Shown: in pieces, positions 1-9,569 of the stretch
How positions within the stretch are numbered: position 1 is the first letter of the stretch
How the letters are laid out: each line of letters opens with the position of its first letter
Assembly: GCA_963770835.1 (NCBI GenBank)
Contig: CAVYRH010000004.1
Span: 512,001 to 576,000, forward strand
From: an uncultured Pseudomonadota bacterium
Lineage (GTDB): Bacteria; Oederibacteriota; Muellerivitia; Muellerivitales; Muellerivitaceae
Direction of reading: 5' to 3'
Length of the DNA: 64,000 nucleotides
The notes under the pieces: generated by a model
Databases searched by the model: none
What the model was told of the DNA's origin: nothing
The model's input: the letters and a program-made list of their open reading frames with translations, nothing else
Program-made: the position numbers and the translations under genes

Positions 1-1
1 G

Positions 2-898
2 GCCTGGGTGATTTACCTGAGTGCGGCGTTCTTGATAGCCCTTTCTTTCGTCTTTAAGTCACCCCAGGCTTATAACTGGCTTTATATCCCCGGCTTTTGC
101 TTCTTCGTCCTGGGAGTAAGCATGAGCATTTACGGCTTCGTTTTGCGGTGCCTGATCGCGGGGAGGCCCCCGGTTTCCAACATGTACGAGTCGCTGATTT
201 GGGTGACTTTCATGATGACGGTCTTCGCCCTTGTGTTCGAGATTATCTTCAGGGTCCGCCTGTTCCTGCTGGCCGGGTCGATCCTGGCAACGGTGGGGTT
301 CATGCTGGCGGACAACATTCCCACCGTCCTGAGCCCTTCCATCGAGCCCATCGAGCCGGTTTTAAGAAGTTCCTTCTGGCTGACCATCCATGTCTTGACC
401 ATTACCTCCGGTTACGCGGCTTTCCTGCTGTCATTGGGCATCGGGCATGTCTGCCTTTGGTTCATCTGGTTCCGGGGCGACCGGAAAGAACTTATCCAGA
501 GACTGACCCGGCTTCTTTACCGCGTGGTGCAGGTAGGGGTGGTGCTGTTGGCCGCCGGGACCATCCTTGGAGGCGTTTGGGCCAGCTATTCCTGGGGAAG
601 GTTCTGGGGCTGGGACCCCAAGGAAACCTGGGCCTTGATCGCCCTTTTGGGTTATGTGGCCATTCTCCACGGCCGATTGGCCGGCTGGCTGAGGGAACTG
701 GGGTTCACCATCGGCATCATTTCCGCTTTTCTCGGGGTTTTAATGGCCTGGTACGGGGTGAACTTCATCCTGGGCGTGGGCTTGCACAGCTACGGCTTTT
801 CCAAGGGTGGATTGCCCTATGTGATCGCTTTCGTGGTGGCGGAGATCATCCTGGTGGCGACCGTTGGCCTGAAAGCCCGGAAACCCCTGGCCGCCTAA
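2..898 (+). CDS. ccsA: Cytochrome c biogenesis protein CcsA/ResC (system II), 5'-truncated by the window edge
   Basis: Polytopic membrane protein with PVSNMYES, WLTIHV and the tryptophan-rich WGRFWGWDPKETW motif, plus GLHSYG. The frame is open to the window start. Confidence 0.93.
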   Translation, partial: AWVIYLSAAFLIALSFVFKSPQAYNWLYIPGFCFFVLGVSMSIYGFVLRCLIAGRPPVSNMYESLIWVTFMMTVFALVFEIIFRVRLFLLAGSILATVGFMLADNIPTVLSPSIEPIEPVLRSSFWLTIHVLTITSGYAAFLLSLGIGHVCLWFIWFRGDRKELIQRLTRLLYRVVQVGVVLLAAGTILGGVWASYSWGRFWGWDPKETWALIALLGYVAILHGRLAGWLRELGFTIGIISAFLGVLMAWYGVNFILGVGLHSYGFSKGGLPYVIAFVVAEIILVATVGLKARKPLAA

Positions 899-904
899 AC
901 CTTC

Positions 905-2434
905 TCAAAACCCGTAAAGCGCGCCGAATTTTTGGTTGAGATGGCCCAGGAAAAACTCAGGGCTCAAATCCTTCCCTGTCGCCTGCTTGCATAACTCCCC
1001 CGCCCGGTAGCGCTGGCCCTGGGCATGAATCTTCTCATTCAGCCATTTCTTCAAAGGCTTAAAATCCCCCTTCTCGAATTTACCTTCTAACGGCCCTACT
1101 TCCTTATTGGCGGCTGCGAAAAACTGCGCCGAATAAAGGTTTCCCAGGGTGTAGGTGGGGAAATAGCCGAAACTGCCGTGGCTCCAATGGACGTCCTGCA
1201 GGCAGCCCATGGCGTCGCTCGGGGGCGTGATTCCAAGGTATTTCTTCATGGAATCGTTCCAGGTGGCGGGAATATCCGCGGTCTTCAGCTTTCCGCCAAT
1301 CAAGGCCACCTCGATGTCATAACGCAGGCAGACATGGAGGTTGTAAGTCACCTCATCGGACTCGGTGCGGATCAAAGAAGGCGCGGAGTGGTTGATGGCG
1401 AAGTAAAAGGTCTCCAGCGAAAGGTCGTCGAAAGTTCCCGGGAAGGCCTTTTTTAATTCGGGGAAGAAATATTTCCAAAAGGCCAGGCTCCGGCCCACCA
1501 GGTTTTCCCACATACGGGATTGGGACTCATGGATGCCTAAGGAAACCGCCGAGGCGCGCGGGGTGCCGTAATGGCCGTCGGCGGGCAAGTTTTGGTCGTA
1601 AATACCGTGGCCGGACTCATGCAGGGTGCTGAAGAAAGAGTTCTCGAAATTGGTTTCCTCGAAGCGCGTGGTGATGCGGGTGTCGGCGGGGCCCAAGCCG
1701 GTCGTGAAGGGGTGGGCGGAAATATCGATGCGCCCCTTGGCGAAATCGAAGCCGATGGCGTCGGACATCCGGCGGCAGAAGGCCTGCTGGGCGGGGATGG
1801 GACAGGGGCGTTTGAGGATGGAAACGTCGGGTTGGCGCTTGGAGGCCGCGATCTTCGCCACCATGGCGGAAAGGCTTTCCTTCAAGGGGGGTAGGAGCCG
1901 GTTCAACTCGCCGGTGGTCAGGCCGGGTTCATAATCCTCCAGCAGGGCATCGTAGGGGTGTTCCTTATAGCCATAACACTTCGCCATCTCTTGGCAAAGG
2001 GGGATGATCTTGTCCAGCCAGGGCTGGAAGCGGGAAAACTTGTTCTCCTTGCGGGCCTCCACCCACTCCACTTGGGCGTTGGAAGTGACCCTCGTCATTT
2101 CCTCGACCAATTTCTGGGGGAGCTTGGTGGAACGGTCATAGGACCGGCGCCACTCGCGCAGGTTGACCGCGCCGTCGGAAAGGGGGTCCCCTGTGAGTTG
2201 CTTCGAGGATTCGGCGCTCGAAATCAGTTCCCCTACCTTGGGGTCGGTGAACTTCTGATGGCACATGCCCGCCAAGAGGGACAACTGATCGGCCCGGTAG
2301 GGGGCGTTGGCGGAGGGCATATAGACTTCCTGGTCCCAGCCTAAAACGCCGGCGGTATTGCCCAAGACGGTGATTTCCTTCATGCGGTGGATCAGCTCGG
2401 CGTAAGCTTGTTCGGGACTCAATGGCTCCTCCAA
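905..2434 (-). CDS. Carboxypeptidase, peptidase family M32 (carboxypeptidase Taq-like)
   Basis: HPF, HESGH (HExxH), GIHESQS, IRTESD, GCLQDVHW and GYFPTYTLG motifs. Confidence 0.93.
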   Translation of the reverse strand: MEEPLSPEQAYAELIHRMKEITVLGNTAGVLGWDQEVYMPSANAPYRADQLSLLAGMCHQKFTDPKVGELISSAESSKQLTGDPLSDGAVNLREWRRSYDRSTKLPQKLVEEMTRVTSNAQVEWVEARKENKFSRFQPWLDKIIPLCQEMAKCYGYKEHPYDALLEDYEPGLTTGELNRLLPPLKESLSAMVAKIAASKRQPDVSILKRPCPIPAQQAFCRRMSDAIGFDFAKGRIDISAHPFTTGLGPADTRITTRFEETNFENSFFSTLHESGHGIYDQNLPADGHYGTPRASAVSLGIHESQSRMWENLVGRSLAFWKYFFPELKKAFPGTFDDLSLETFYFAINHSAPSLIRTESDEVTYNLHVCLRYDIEVALIGGKLKTADIPATWNDSMKKYLGITPPSDAMGCLQDVHWSHGSFGYFPTYTLGNLYSAQFFAAANKEVGPLEGKFEKGDFKPLKKWLNEKIHAQGQRYRAGELCKQATGKDLSPEFFLGHLNQKFGALYGF

Positions 2435-2445
2435 ATTTTTATTGT

Positions 2446-2597
2446 TGTCATTGCGAGCCTCGAATTTTGAGGCGAAGCAACCTCAGTTCATGGGTTGTTT
2501 TAGCCTTGGCCGTAGATTATTCGCAACGGCGTTATCTAAACTGAGGTTGCTTCGTCATTATCGCCCGCCTATTCGGTGGGCATTTCTCGCAATGACA
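2446..2597. repeat. Nested palindromic intergenic element (MITE/RPE-like)
   Basis: Terminal IR TGTCATTGCGAG (2446-2457) / CTCGCAATGACA (2586-2597). Inner IR CGAAGCAACCTCAGTT (2473-2488) / AACTGAGGTTGCTTCG (2539-2554). Small side hairpins. Confidence 0.8.
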
Positions 2598-2616
2598 GCC
2601 GTTATTACAACGTGGT

Positions 2617-3171
2617 TCAAAGATCTTCGCTCAAACCCATCAGGATCGGAACATCTTCCTGGGTGACATTGTTATAAATCAAGAAGTAATAGCGCCCTTC
2701 CACGAAAGCATGTTCCCCGGGACGGAAGTCGAACTGGAATCCCACACCCACCACGGCGGCCAAGGAAGAAGTAAAGTACCCGCTTGGGCTTGAGAATTGA
2801 AAGTCATAACCCGGTCCCGCCAAAATATAGGGGGCCCAGTCGGGGCCCGGGTTGGCCAATCGCAGTTCGGGTGAAACCCGCCAATCCACCACGGTTAAGC
2901 CGTCCCCGGAAAAGGTCCAGGGGGAAATGGACAGCTGAAGGGACAAGGCGGGGTTCAGGCGATAGCCAAAGAGAACATTTCCCCCGCCGCCCACGGTGTA
3001 TTCAGGGTCCCAGTTTTGGGCTGGAACAGAGGCACCCAGTCCCATGCCCAAATACCATTTGGAAGAAAGGGAGGTAGAAGCCGCGGAGTCGGAAAGATCG
3101 GCCGCCCTCAGGAGCGGGGCCGTTAAAAGAAATAAGCATCCGAAAAGGAATATTGAGGCCGTTTTTTTCAT
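2617..3171 (-). CDS. Small outer-membrane beta-barrel protein (OmpA-TM/porin-like)
   Basis: Signal peptide MKKTASIFLFGCLFLLTAPLLRA followed by amphipathic beta-strands (WYLGMGLG, PYILAGPG, FVEGRY). Start set at ATG 3171. Confidence 0.65.
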   Translation of the reverse strand: MKKTASIFLFGCLFLLTAPLLRAADLSDSAASTSLSSKWYLGMGLGASVPAQNWDPEYTVGGGGNVLFGYRLNPALSLQLSISPWTFSGDGLTVVDWRVSPELRLANPGPDWAPYILAGPGYDFQFSSPSGYFTSSLAAVVGVGFQFDFRPGEHAFVEGRYYFLIYNNVTQEDVPILMGLSEDL

Positions 3172-3310
3172 AAGAATCCTTTCTTTCAACCGGATTTGAA
3201 GGCGATTATACCCATGGCCGGAAGAAAGGTTCAATTTTTGAGCGTTTCCTAAGGATATAAGGGAATCTTATCTTCTTAAAAGCCTTCAGCGGAGGCCGAT
3301 AACACCCGTT

Positions 3311-6076
3311 ATGAACAGCAAACAGTCGAATGGAATGGCCTATGCCGGAACCCCGGATTTTCTCCTGATGCGGTCCTTGAAGCCTTTTCTTATCCCATTC
3401 CTAGCAATGGTATTAGGGCTGTTTCTCTTCGGCCTGGCTCCGGCCATGGCCCAATATGGGGCCTCCGGGGCGCCTTATACCCAAACCGCTCCCCTGGACA
3501 ACTGCACCTCCTCCAGCGTTTCCCTGAACACCATGGCCATCAACCAGTTCTACCTTTATTCCGCCTCCGGGGTTTCGGTGCTTTACGCCGGGGGGGTGAA
3601 CTTGGCCGGGGCCAATACCATCGTGATGCAAAGTGCCCCGCCGGCCAACGCCACCATCGTGGCGGCCTACCTGGAACTGATAGAAGAGGCAACCTCAAAC
3701 ATCTACTTCAACGGCCCGGTTTCCCTGGGGGGAGGGTTGACCTCCTCGGGAACCCTGGTGGGACAGGGCAACTTCGAGAATGTTTGGACTGACCCCTTCT
3801 GGGGGATGGACCTGCAGAGCGGCGACAGCGCGTTTTTCAGCGACGTGCGCTACAACGTGACCAGCCTGGTCTCGGACGGAACCGTCACCTACAGCACCAA
3901 TGCCCTCGACGAAAGCCTCCTGGCCGCGCTGGTCATTGTTTATACCGTCCCATCACCCAACAGCTGCGGGGCGGTGGCCCTGGACGACGGCCTTTTCGTT
4001 TGGGGCGGGAGCACGGTCGGTTCCCCCAAACTCGATTACGGGGTGACGCCCTGGTATTCGACCCTGGACTGGAGCTGCCAGCACAGCCAGGCTTGCGCCG
4101 TCAACCAATTTTCAAGGTGGGGAGGGGTGGGCGAAACCGACACACCTGTGAGCATTACGGATGACTTTTACGGTGTTGATGATCCCAGCCCCGGCCAGCC
4201 GGCCGCCGTGAGGTTGGGAGCCGGGACCATTTTCCAGGATTCCAGCAACATCCAATACGACACCTTCCTGGACACCTATAACAACGTGCAACTTTCGAAC
4301 CCGTCCGGCAAAATCACATGGTCCTTGGGAAACCCCTTGTCTTCTCTGGATAAGGAATGGTACTGGGTTAACCTGTTGACGGCTTCCTGCAATTCCATCT
4401 GCAACAGCCCGACGCCTACCAACACACCTACTTCCACCCCCACGGCCACCGCCTCCGCTACGCCAACGAATACATTGACGGCTTCGCCGTCAAGTACTCC
4501 TTCGGGCACCTTCACCCCCACCGCCTCGGCCACACCCACCAACACCGCGACGCTGACCCCCTCCGCCACAGCGACCTCCACCGCGACCCTTACGCCAACC
4601 GCCACCCCAACGCCCACCGTCACGGATACGTTCACGGAAAGCCCGACACCCACTCAAACCCCCACGTCCATTCCTAGTTTCACACCCACCTTGACCGCCA
4701 CCCCCACCTCCACGGGCACCCCGACGAATTCGGCGACGACGACGAACAGTTTCACCCCCAGCCTCACCGCCACCCTCACACCGACTTCCACCCCGAGCAG
4801 CACACCGACCCTTACCGCCACCGTGACCGCCAGCTTCACAGCCACCGGCACCCCCACCCTGACGCCTAGTTTTACGGTTACTTCTACGTTGACGGCAACG
4901 CCGTCAAGTACGCCTTCGGGCACCCCGACCCTCACCCCGACTTCAACAGCCACCGCGACCTCCACCTCTTCCCCCACCGCAAGTTTTACTTTTACCATCA
5001 CGCCGACCCCGACCCCCAGTTTCACCCCCACGGCCACCGGAACGCCCAGTTCCACCCCCACCGTCACCTCCACGTTCACCATTACTTTCACTCCTACGCC
5101 GACGTTTACGCCGACCAACACGGCTACGTCGACGGTGACGGATAGTTTTACCCCGACGGGGACAGCAACTCCCACTCCTCCGCCCCAATCCTATACGGTG
5201 AGTTTTTGCGTCTATAACTCCGCCGGGGAACTGGTGAAGCAGTTGCTGGTCGAGAAATCCGCCCAACCTATCTTGTCCCTCTTGCTCAACCCCGGTAACG
5301 CCATTACCAGCCTGGGAGGGCCCGATAACGTGGTTTCTATTTATTGGAACGGAATCCTTCAGACCGCCTGGAACGGGACCAACGCGTCCGGGAACCCGGT
5401 TTTGAACGGAACTTATTACGTGAAAGTGGACAATGTAGATTCCACGGGTTCGGACCAGAGCGCCCTCCAAACCGTGACGGTTAGCAGGCCCTTGGATACG
5501 GTGGAAGCGGAGATTTGCAATGAAGCTGGGGAAGTGGTGCGGATTCTCTACCAGCAGAATGGGGCCTCGGGGCCGGTCACCGCGGTGCAACTCTCTTCCT
5601 CCACCGTTCAAGAGGGGTCCGCCCAGGGCGGGGTTACTATCAGTTTAAGCAACGGAACCACCTTCACCTGGGATGGAAGGGCGGCGAACGGGAACCAGGT
5701 GACCAACGGTCTTTATTACCTGGAAGTCTTTTCCCAAAGCGGGATGGACGGCGAGGAAGTCCTGACGAAAGACGTGACGGTGGTGGACAGCGGTCGGGCG
5801 GGCTTAGGGGTTTTCGCCTACCCCAACCCCTGGCGCGTAGGGGAACCGCCCTTGACCTTCCAGTGTTCCCCCACCCAGCCTTTGACCTTAAAAGTTTGGA
5901 TTTATGATTTGGCCGGCGAGAAAGTGGATGTGCTGGAAGGACCTCAGGGGGCCAACCAGGTGGTCTTAAACAACAAGACCCTCGCCAGCGGGGTCTATGT
6001 GGCCATGGTAGACCTGCTAGATGGAAACGGCAACCTGGAGGGGCGCCAGACCTTGAAGGTGATGCTGGAGCATTGA
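3311..6076 (+). CDS. Secreted surface protein: Cys-containing N-domain, long Thr/Pro stalk, two FlgD-Ig-like modules and a T9SS-type-A-like C-terminal domain
   Basis: Signal peptide ending PAMA. TPT-rich stretch at about 4405-5185. Modules [16 protein letters not shown] and NEAGEVV..WDG..NGLYY. Tail YPNP..SGVY..KVMLEH. The start may be 3368. Confidence 0.8.
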   Translation: MNSKQSNGMAYAGTPDFLLMRSLKPFLIPFLAMVLGLFLFGLAPAMAQYGASGAPYTQTAPLDNCTSSSVSLNTMAINQFYLYSASGVSVLYAGGVNLAGANTIVMQSAPPANATIVAAYLELIEEATSNIYFNGPVSLGGGLTSSGTLVGQGNFENVWTDPFWGMDLQSGDSAFFSDVRYNVTSLVSDGTVTYSTNALDESLLAALVIVYTVPSPNSCGAVALDDGLFVWGGSTVGSPKLDYGVTPWYSTLDWSCQHSQACAVNQFSRWGGVGETDTPVSITDDFYGVDDPSPGQPAAVRLGAGTIFQDSSNIQYDTFLDTYNNVQLSNPSGKITWSLGNPLSSLDKEWYWVNLLTASCNSICNSPTPTNTPTSTPTATASATPTNTLTASPSSTPSGTFTPTASATPTNTATLTPSATATSTATLTPTATPTPTVTDTFTESPTPTQTPTSIPSFTPTLTATPTSTGTPTNSATTTNSFTPSLTATLTPTSTPSSTPTLTATVTASFTATGTPTLTPSFTVTSTLTATPSSTPSGTPTLTPTSTATATSTSSPTASFTFTITPTPTPSFTPTATGTPSSTPTVTSTFTITFTPTPTFTPTNTATSTVTDSFTPTGTATPTPPPQSYTVSFCVYNSAGELVKQLLVEKSAQPILSLLLNPGNAITSLGGPDNVVSIYWNGILQTAWNGTNASGNPVLNGTYYVKVDNVDSTGSDQSALQTVTVSRPLDTVEAEICNEAGEVVRILYQQNGASGPVTAVQLSSSTVQEGSAQGGVTISLSNGTTFTWDGRAANGNQVTNGLYYLEVFSQSGMDGEEVLTKDVTVVDSGRAGLGVFAYPNPWRVGEPPLTFQCSPTQPLTLKVWIYDLAGEKVDVLEGPQGANQVVLNNKTLASGVYVAMVDLLDGNGNLEGRQTLKVMLEH

Positions 6077-6117
6077 AGTAAGAGGCTCTAACAAAAATCA
6101 AAACAAAAGCTACTTGA

Positions 6118-6146
6118 ACCACCAAGGGCACCAAGCTCACCAAGAA
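6118..6146. repeat. Half copy of the CACCAAG 9-bp-period intergenic repeat
   Basis: ACCACCAAGGGCACCAAGCTCACCAAGAA is the exact reverse complement of 18621-18649. Confidence 0.75.
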
Positions 6147-6197
6147 AAGCAAGAATCAAACATCGGATTTTCAGCGTTTTAATTTTTCATCATCCTG

Positions 6198-9100
6198 CTA
6201 ATGAAGGACCGAGACCTTCACAATCTGGCGCTGGATGAGGCCTCCATTGGCGCCCCGCACCTCGATCACCGCGATATAAAGCCCACTGGAAAGTCCGTTG
6301 GAATTCCAGGATACCTGGTTGGCACCACTGCCACCCGTCACCATCTTCACGAGTTCCCCCGCGACCGTATAGATCCTCGCCTTTAAAGTGTAGGAAGAAG
6401 TGGATTGGACCGTGAAATAAGCCGTTGAATTCGCGGGCGTCAAGATATTGGGTTCGGCTATGACGGTGTTCGAATGCCCTCCCCCCGTCACCGTGATCTC
6501 CCGGGTAATATCCGTTTGCTCCCCCTGTCCACTGTTCCAATGGACCTGGACTTCATAAACTCCATCGGTGACCTTCGCGCCTGAATCGTTGGTTCCATCC
6601 CATACAAGGGTCACCGGATTCCCGGAAGTTTGGATGAAAATTTGGACGCTTGAATTGGGATTGGAGGGGACGGTTCCAGGGGAAATCGTGCTGGAACTTA
6701 AATTAACGCCGGTTATTTCGGAACCTCCCGCATTGGCGGCCTGGGTATAGAGGGTTCGCACCAGCTCCCCAGCCTCGTTATAGATATCAGCCTCCACTGT
6801 GGCGTAAGGCCGGCTTACGGTGGCCTTCTGCGAAACGGTGGTTACATTACCCGAGCTGTCGATATTCTCGGCGTTGATGAAATAGGACCCGTTGGTGGCC
6901 GGGGTTCCCGCGGAAGTCATCCCGTTCCAAACCGCGATGGGGACACCGGCGAAATAAACCGTTACCGCACTGCCCGCACCGCTCAAAGCTGTGATCGTGC
7001 CGGATTGAAGCGCGAAACTCGGGATGGGTTGGGAGTTCTGTTCCGTCAAGATGGTATCCACCAATTCCCCGGCGGAATTATAAACACCGATCTTCACCGT
7101 ATAACCCCCGAGTACAAGAATTTGGGCGCTCGCCCTTATCAGTGGGGATCCCGGGTAAGCCATCACCGCGTTGTTGGTAAGGGCTGTTCCCGCCGGCACA
7201 AGGTTGTTGACCTGGGCTTGGTAAGAAAGCTGGTAGGTGCCAGGGGCGAGGGCCGGCAAGGTCCAAACCAGCTGGTTGGACGTCAGGTTATAAGCCGGTG
7301 TGGGAAGGTTAGAAGGATTATTGGCGGCGGGCCCCACGTAAGTCATTTGGGCCGGCAGGGTGTCGGTCATCACGATTCCGGAGGTGCTTGAGTTCACGTT
7401 GAGCGTCAAGGAATAGGTCAAGGGGGTGCCGGGCTCTATCTGGCCCGTGGAAACCTGCTTGGTGAAGGATACCTGCAGGGTGGGGGTCGAAGTAAAGGTG
7501 AAGGTGGGAGTGCCGGTGGCCGTCAAAGTGGCCGTGTCCGTGGGAGTAAAGGTTTCGGTGGATATTTTGGTAGGGGTGGCCGTATCCGTCATGGTGGGCG
7601 AATTCGTGGGGGTGAAGGTCGGGGTGGGGGTGTAGGTAAAAGTCGAGGTGAAGGTATTGGTCGGCGTCTTGGTGGCCGTAAAGGTGAGGGTATCCGTGGG
7701 AGTGTTGCTGGGCGTCCAAGTGGCAGTGGGGGTGTGAGTGAAAGTCGAGGTGAAGGTATTGGTCGGCGTCTTGGTGGCCGTAAAGGTGAAGGTGTCCGTG
7801 GGAGTGTTGCTGGGCGTCCAGGTGGCAGTGGGGGTGTAGGTAAAAGTCGGCGTGAAGGTATTGGTCGGCGTCTTGGTGGCCGTAAAGGTGAAGGTGTCGG
7901 TGGGAGTGTTGCTAGGTGTCCAGGTGGCAGTGGGGGTGTAAGTGAAAGTCGAGGTGAAGGTATTCGTCGGAGTCTTGGTGGCCGTAAAGGTAGAGGTTTC
8001 CGTGGGAGTGTTGGTGGGTGTCCTCGTGGCGGTGGGCGTGTAGGTGAAAGTCGGCGTGAAGGTATTCGTTGGCGTGTTGGAGGGGGTGAAAGTATTGGTC
8101 ATAGTGTCGGTCGAGGTGGGCGTCCTGGTCGGGGTGGCCGTGGCGGTGTCCGTGGGGGTATTGGTGATCGTCCAGGTATTGGTGGGGGTGGCGGTGGCCG
8201 TCATCGTGGCCGTGTTGGTGGGCGTGTGGGTGTTCGTAAAAGTGTTGGAAGGCGTGGGGGTGGCTGTGTTGGTGGGCGTGTTGGAGGGGGTGAAAGTGTC
8301 GGTCATTGTATAGGTCAGGGTGGGGGTCCGGGTCGGGGTAGCCGTGGAGGTCACGGTGAAGGTGTTGGTGGGAGTGGCGGTGGCGGTCAGGGTGGCCGTG
8401 TTGGTGGGCGTAAAGGTATCCACCGGGGTATTGGTGGCCGTGGCGGTGGCTGTCGAAGTGGCCGTGCTGGTGGCTGTATTGGTATTGGTGGCCGTACTAG
8501 TGGCCGATGAAGTAGCCGTGCTAGTCGCCGTGTTCGTGCCGGAAGCCGTAGCTGTGCTGGTCGTTGTACTCGTAGCCGAAGAGGTGGCTGTGGACGAGGC
8601 AGTGGCGGTTGCGCTGTTCGTGGTTGTGGCGGAAGCCGTGCTGGTGCCGGTGCTGGAAGCGGTGGAGGTGGTCGTACTGGTGGCCGTACTTGTGGCGCTG
8701 TTGGTGGTTGTGGCGGAAGCCGTGCCGGTTGTCGTACTCGTAGCCGAAGAGGTGGCCGTGGACGTGGCAGAGGCCGTTGTGCTGTCCGTGGTTGTGGCGG
8801 AAGCCGTACTCGTTGTTGTCATTGTCGGGCTATTCGTAGGCGTGGGTGTGGAGGTAAAAGTGGGCGTTTGAGTGGCCGTGGAAGTGGCGGTCTTTGTGCT
8901 TGTCGTTGTCGGGCTGAAAGTTGAAGTTTTACTAGGAGTTGGAGTCACGGGACAGCCTGCAACTGTGTTGGTAACGGCGTTCGACAATATCACCCTTAGG
9001 ATCGGGGTAGAAGTCGGCATGGGCGTGAAAGTAATCGTGGGTGTGAAAGTTTTCGTGTCCGTGGGCCCTCCCGGCGTGGGGGTGAATGTATTGGTGGGGT

Positions 9101-9569
9101 TGCCTGTGCACATATTGAGGGTCACGTTGCCGAGGATGGTGCTGCCGCCGCATAAATAGGTGCTGTTTTGTATCCCAACGACATCCACGGTGGTATAGAG
9201 GCCCGTGACCGTGGCGGGGATCGTTACGTTTTGAAAGACCGTAACGGGGGCGGTGGTGGGGAGGGAGCCGGTATTATAATTCGCGTTGCAGCCATCCGGC
9301 ATCAGGATGGTCGAGGCATTCCCGAAACCGAAGTCGTAGTCGTCGGTTTCGAATTGCTGATTGGTGGGGCCAAAGACGGCCGTGACCGCGATGGTTTCCC
9401 CGACGGTCACGCAGGAGTTGGTCGTTGTAACCGTAATGGCCGTGAATTGTCCAAAAACCTTGGCGGCTGGAAAAACGAAAAGCCAGGCCAGCGCCATCCC
9501 CCAAAACAGGGGATGGCATTTTTTTTTCGTTGAACGGGGGCGAAAAAAAACAAAGGACATGGTTTTCAC
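6198..9569 (-). CDS. Secreted surface protein: small N-domain, very long Thr-rich stalk, DUF11-like Ig domain, two FlgD-Ig-like modules and a T9SS-like C-terminal domain
   Basis: Signal-like [16 protein letters not shown]. About 500 aa of T-x alternation. DUF11-like segment [28 protein letters not shown]. Tail EPNIL..SGLY..KVSVLH. Exact start uncertain. Confidence 0.8.
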   Translation of the reverse strand: MKTMSFVFFRPRSTKKKCHPLFWGMALAWLFVFPAAKVFGQFTAITVTTTNSCVTVGETIAVTAVFGPTNQQFETDDYDFGFGNASTILMPDGCNANYNTGSLPTTAPVTVFQNVTIPATVTGLYTTVDVVGIQNSTYLCGGSTILGNVTLNMCTGNPTNTFTPTPGGPTDTKTFTPTITFTPMPTSTPILRVILSNAVTNTVAGCPVTPTPSKTSTFSPTTTSTKTATSTATQTPTFTSTPTPTNSPTMTTTSTASATTTDSTTASATSTATSSATSTTTGTASATTTNSATSTATSTTTSTASSTGTSTASATTTNSATATASSTATSSATSTTTSTATASGTNTATSTATSSATSTATNTNTATSTATSTATATATNTPVDTFTPTNTATLTATATPTNTFTVTSTATPTRTPTLTYTMTDTFTPSNTPTNTATPTPSNTFTNTHTPTNTATMTATATPTNTWTITNTPTDTATATPTRTPTSTDTMTNTFTPSNTPTNTFTPTFTYTPTATRTPTNTPTETSTFTATKTPTNTFTSTFTYTPTATWTPSNTPTDTFTFTATKTPTNTFTPTFTYTPTATWTPSNTPTDTFTFTATKTPTNTFTSTFTHTPTATWTPSNTPTDTLTFTATKTPTNTFTSTFTYTPTPTFTPTNSPTMTDTATPTKISTETFTPTDTATLTATGTPTFTFTSTPTLQVSFTKQVSTGQIEPGTPLTYSLTLNVNSSTSGIVMTDTLPAQMTYVGPAANNPSNLPTPAYNLTSNQLVWTLPALAPGTYQLSYQAQVNNLVPAGTALTNNAVMAYPGSPLIRASAQILVLGGYTVKIGVYNSAGELVDTILTEQNSQPIPSFALQSGTITALSGAGSAVTVYFAGVPIAVWNGMTSAGTPATNGSYFINAENIDSSGNVTTVSQKATVSRPYATVEADIYNEAGELVRTLYTQAANAGGSEITGVNLSSSTISPGTVPSNPNSSVQIFIQTSGNPVTLVWDGTNDSGAKVTDGVYEVQVHWNSGQGEQTDITREITVTGGGHSNTVIAEPNILTPANSTAYFTVQSTSSYTLKARIYTVAGELVKMVTGGSGANQVSWNSNGLSSGLYIAVIEVRGANGGLIQRQIVKVSVLH
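7627..8070. repeat. Intragenic tandem repeat, 102-bp (34-aa) unit, about 4.3 copies
   Basis: AAGGTATT anchor recurs at 7651, 7753, 7855, 7957 and 8059. The unit encodes [34 protein letters not shown]. Confidence 0.85.

Noticed and set aside
4276..5175. Long Val/Gly-rich antisense ORFs (also 7734-9159)
   Set aside because: They are shadows of the Thr/Pro codon repeats on the opposite strand.
7627..8070. Regularly spaced repeats as a possible CRISPR array
   Set aside because: The repeats are contiguous in-frame coding units with no unique spacers, and there are no cas genes.
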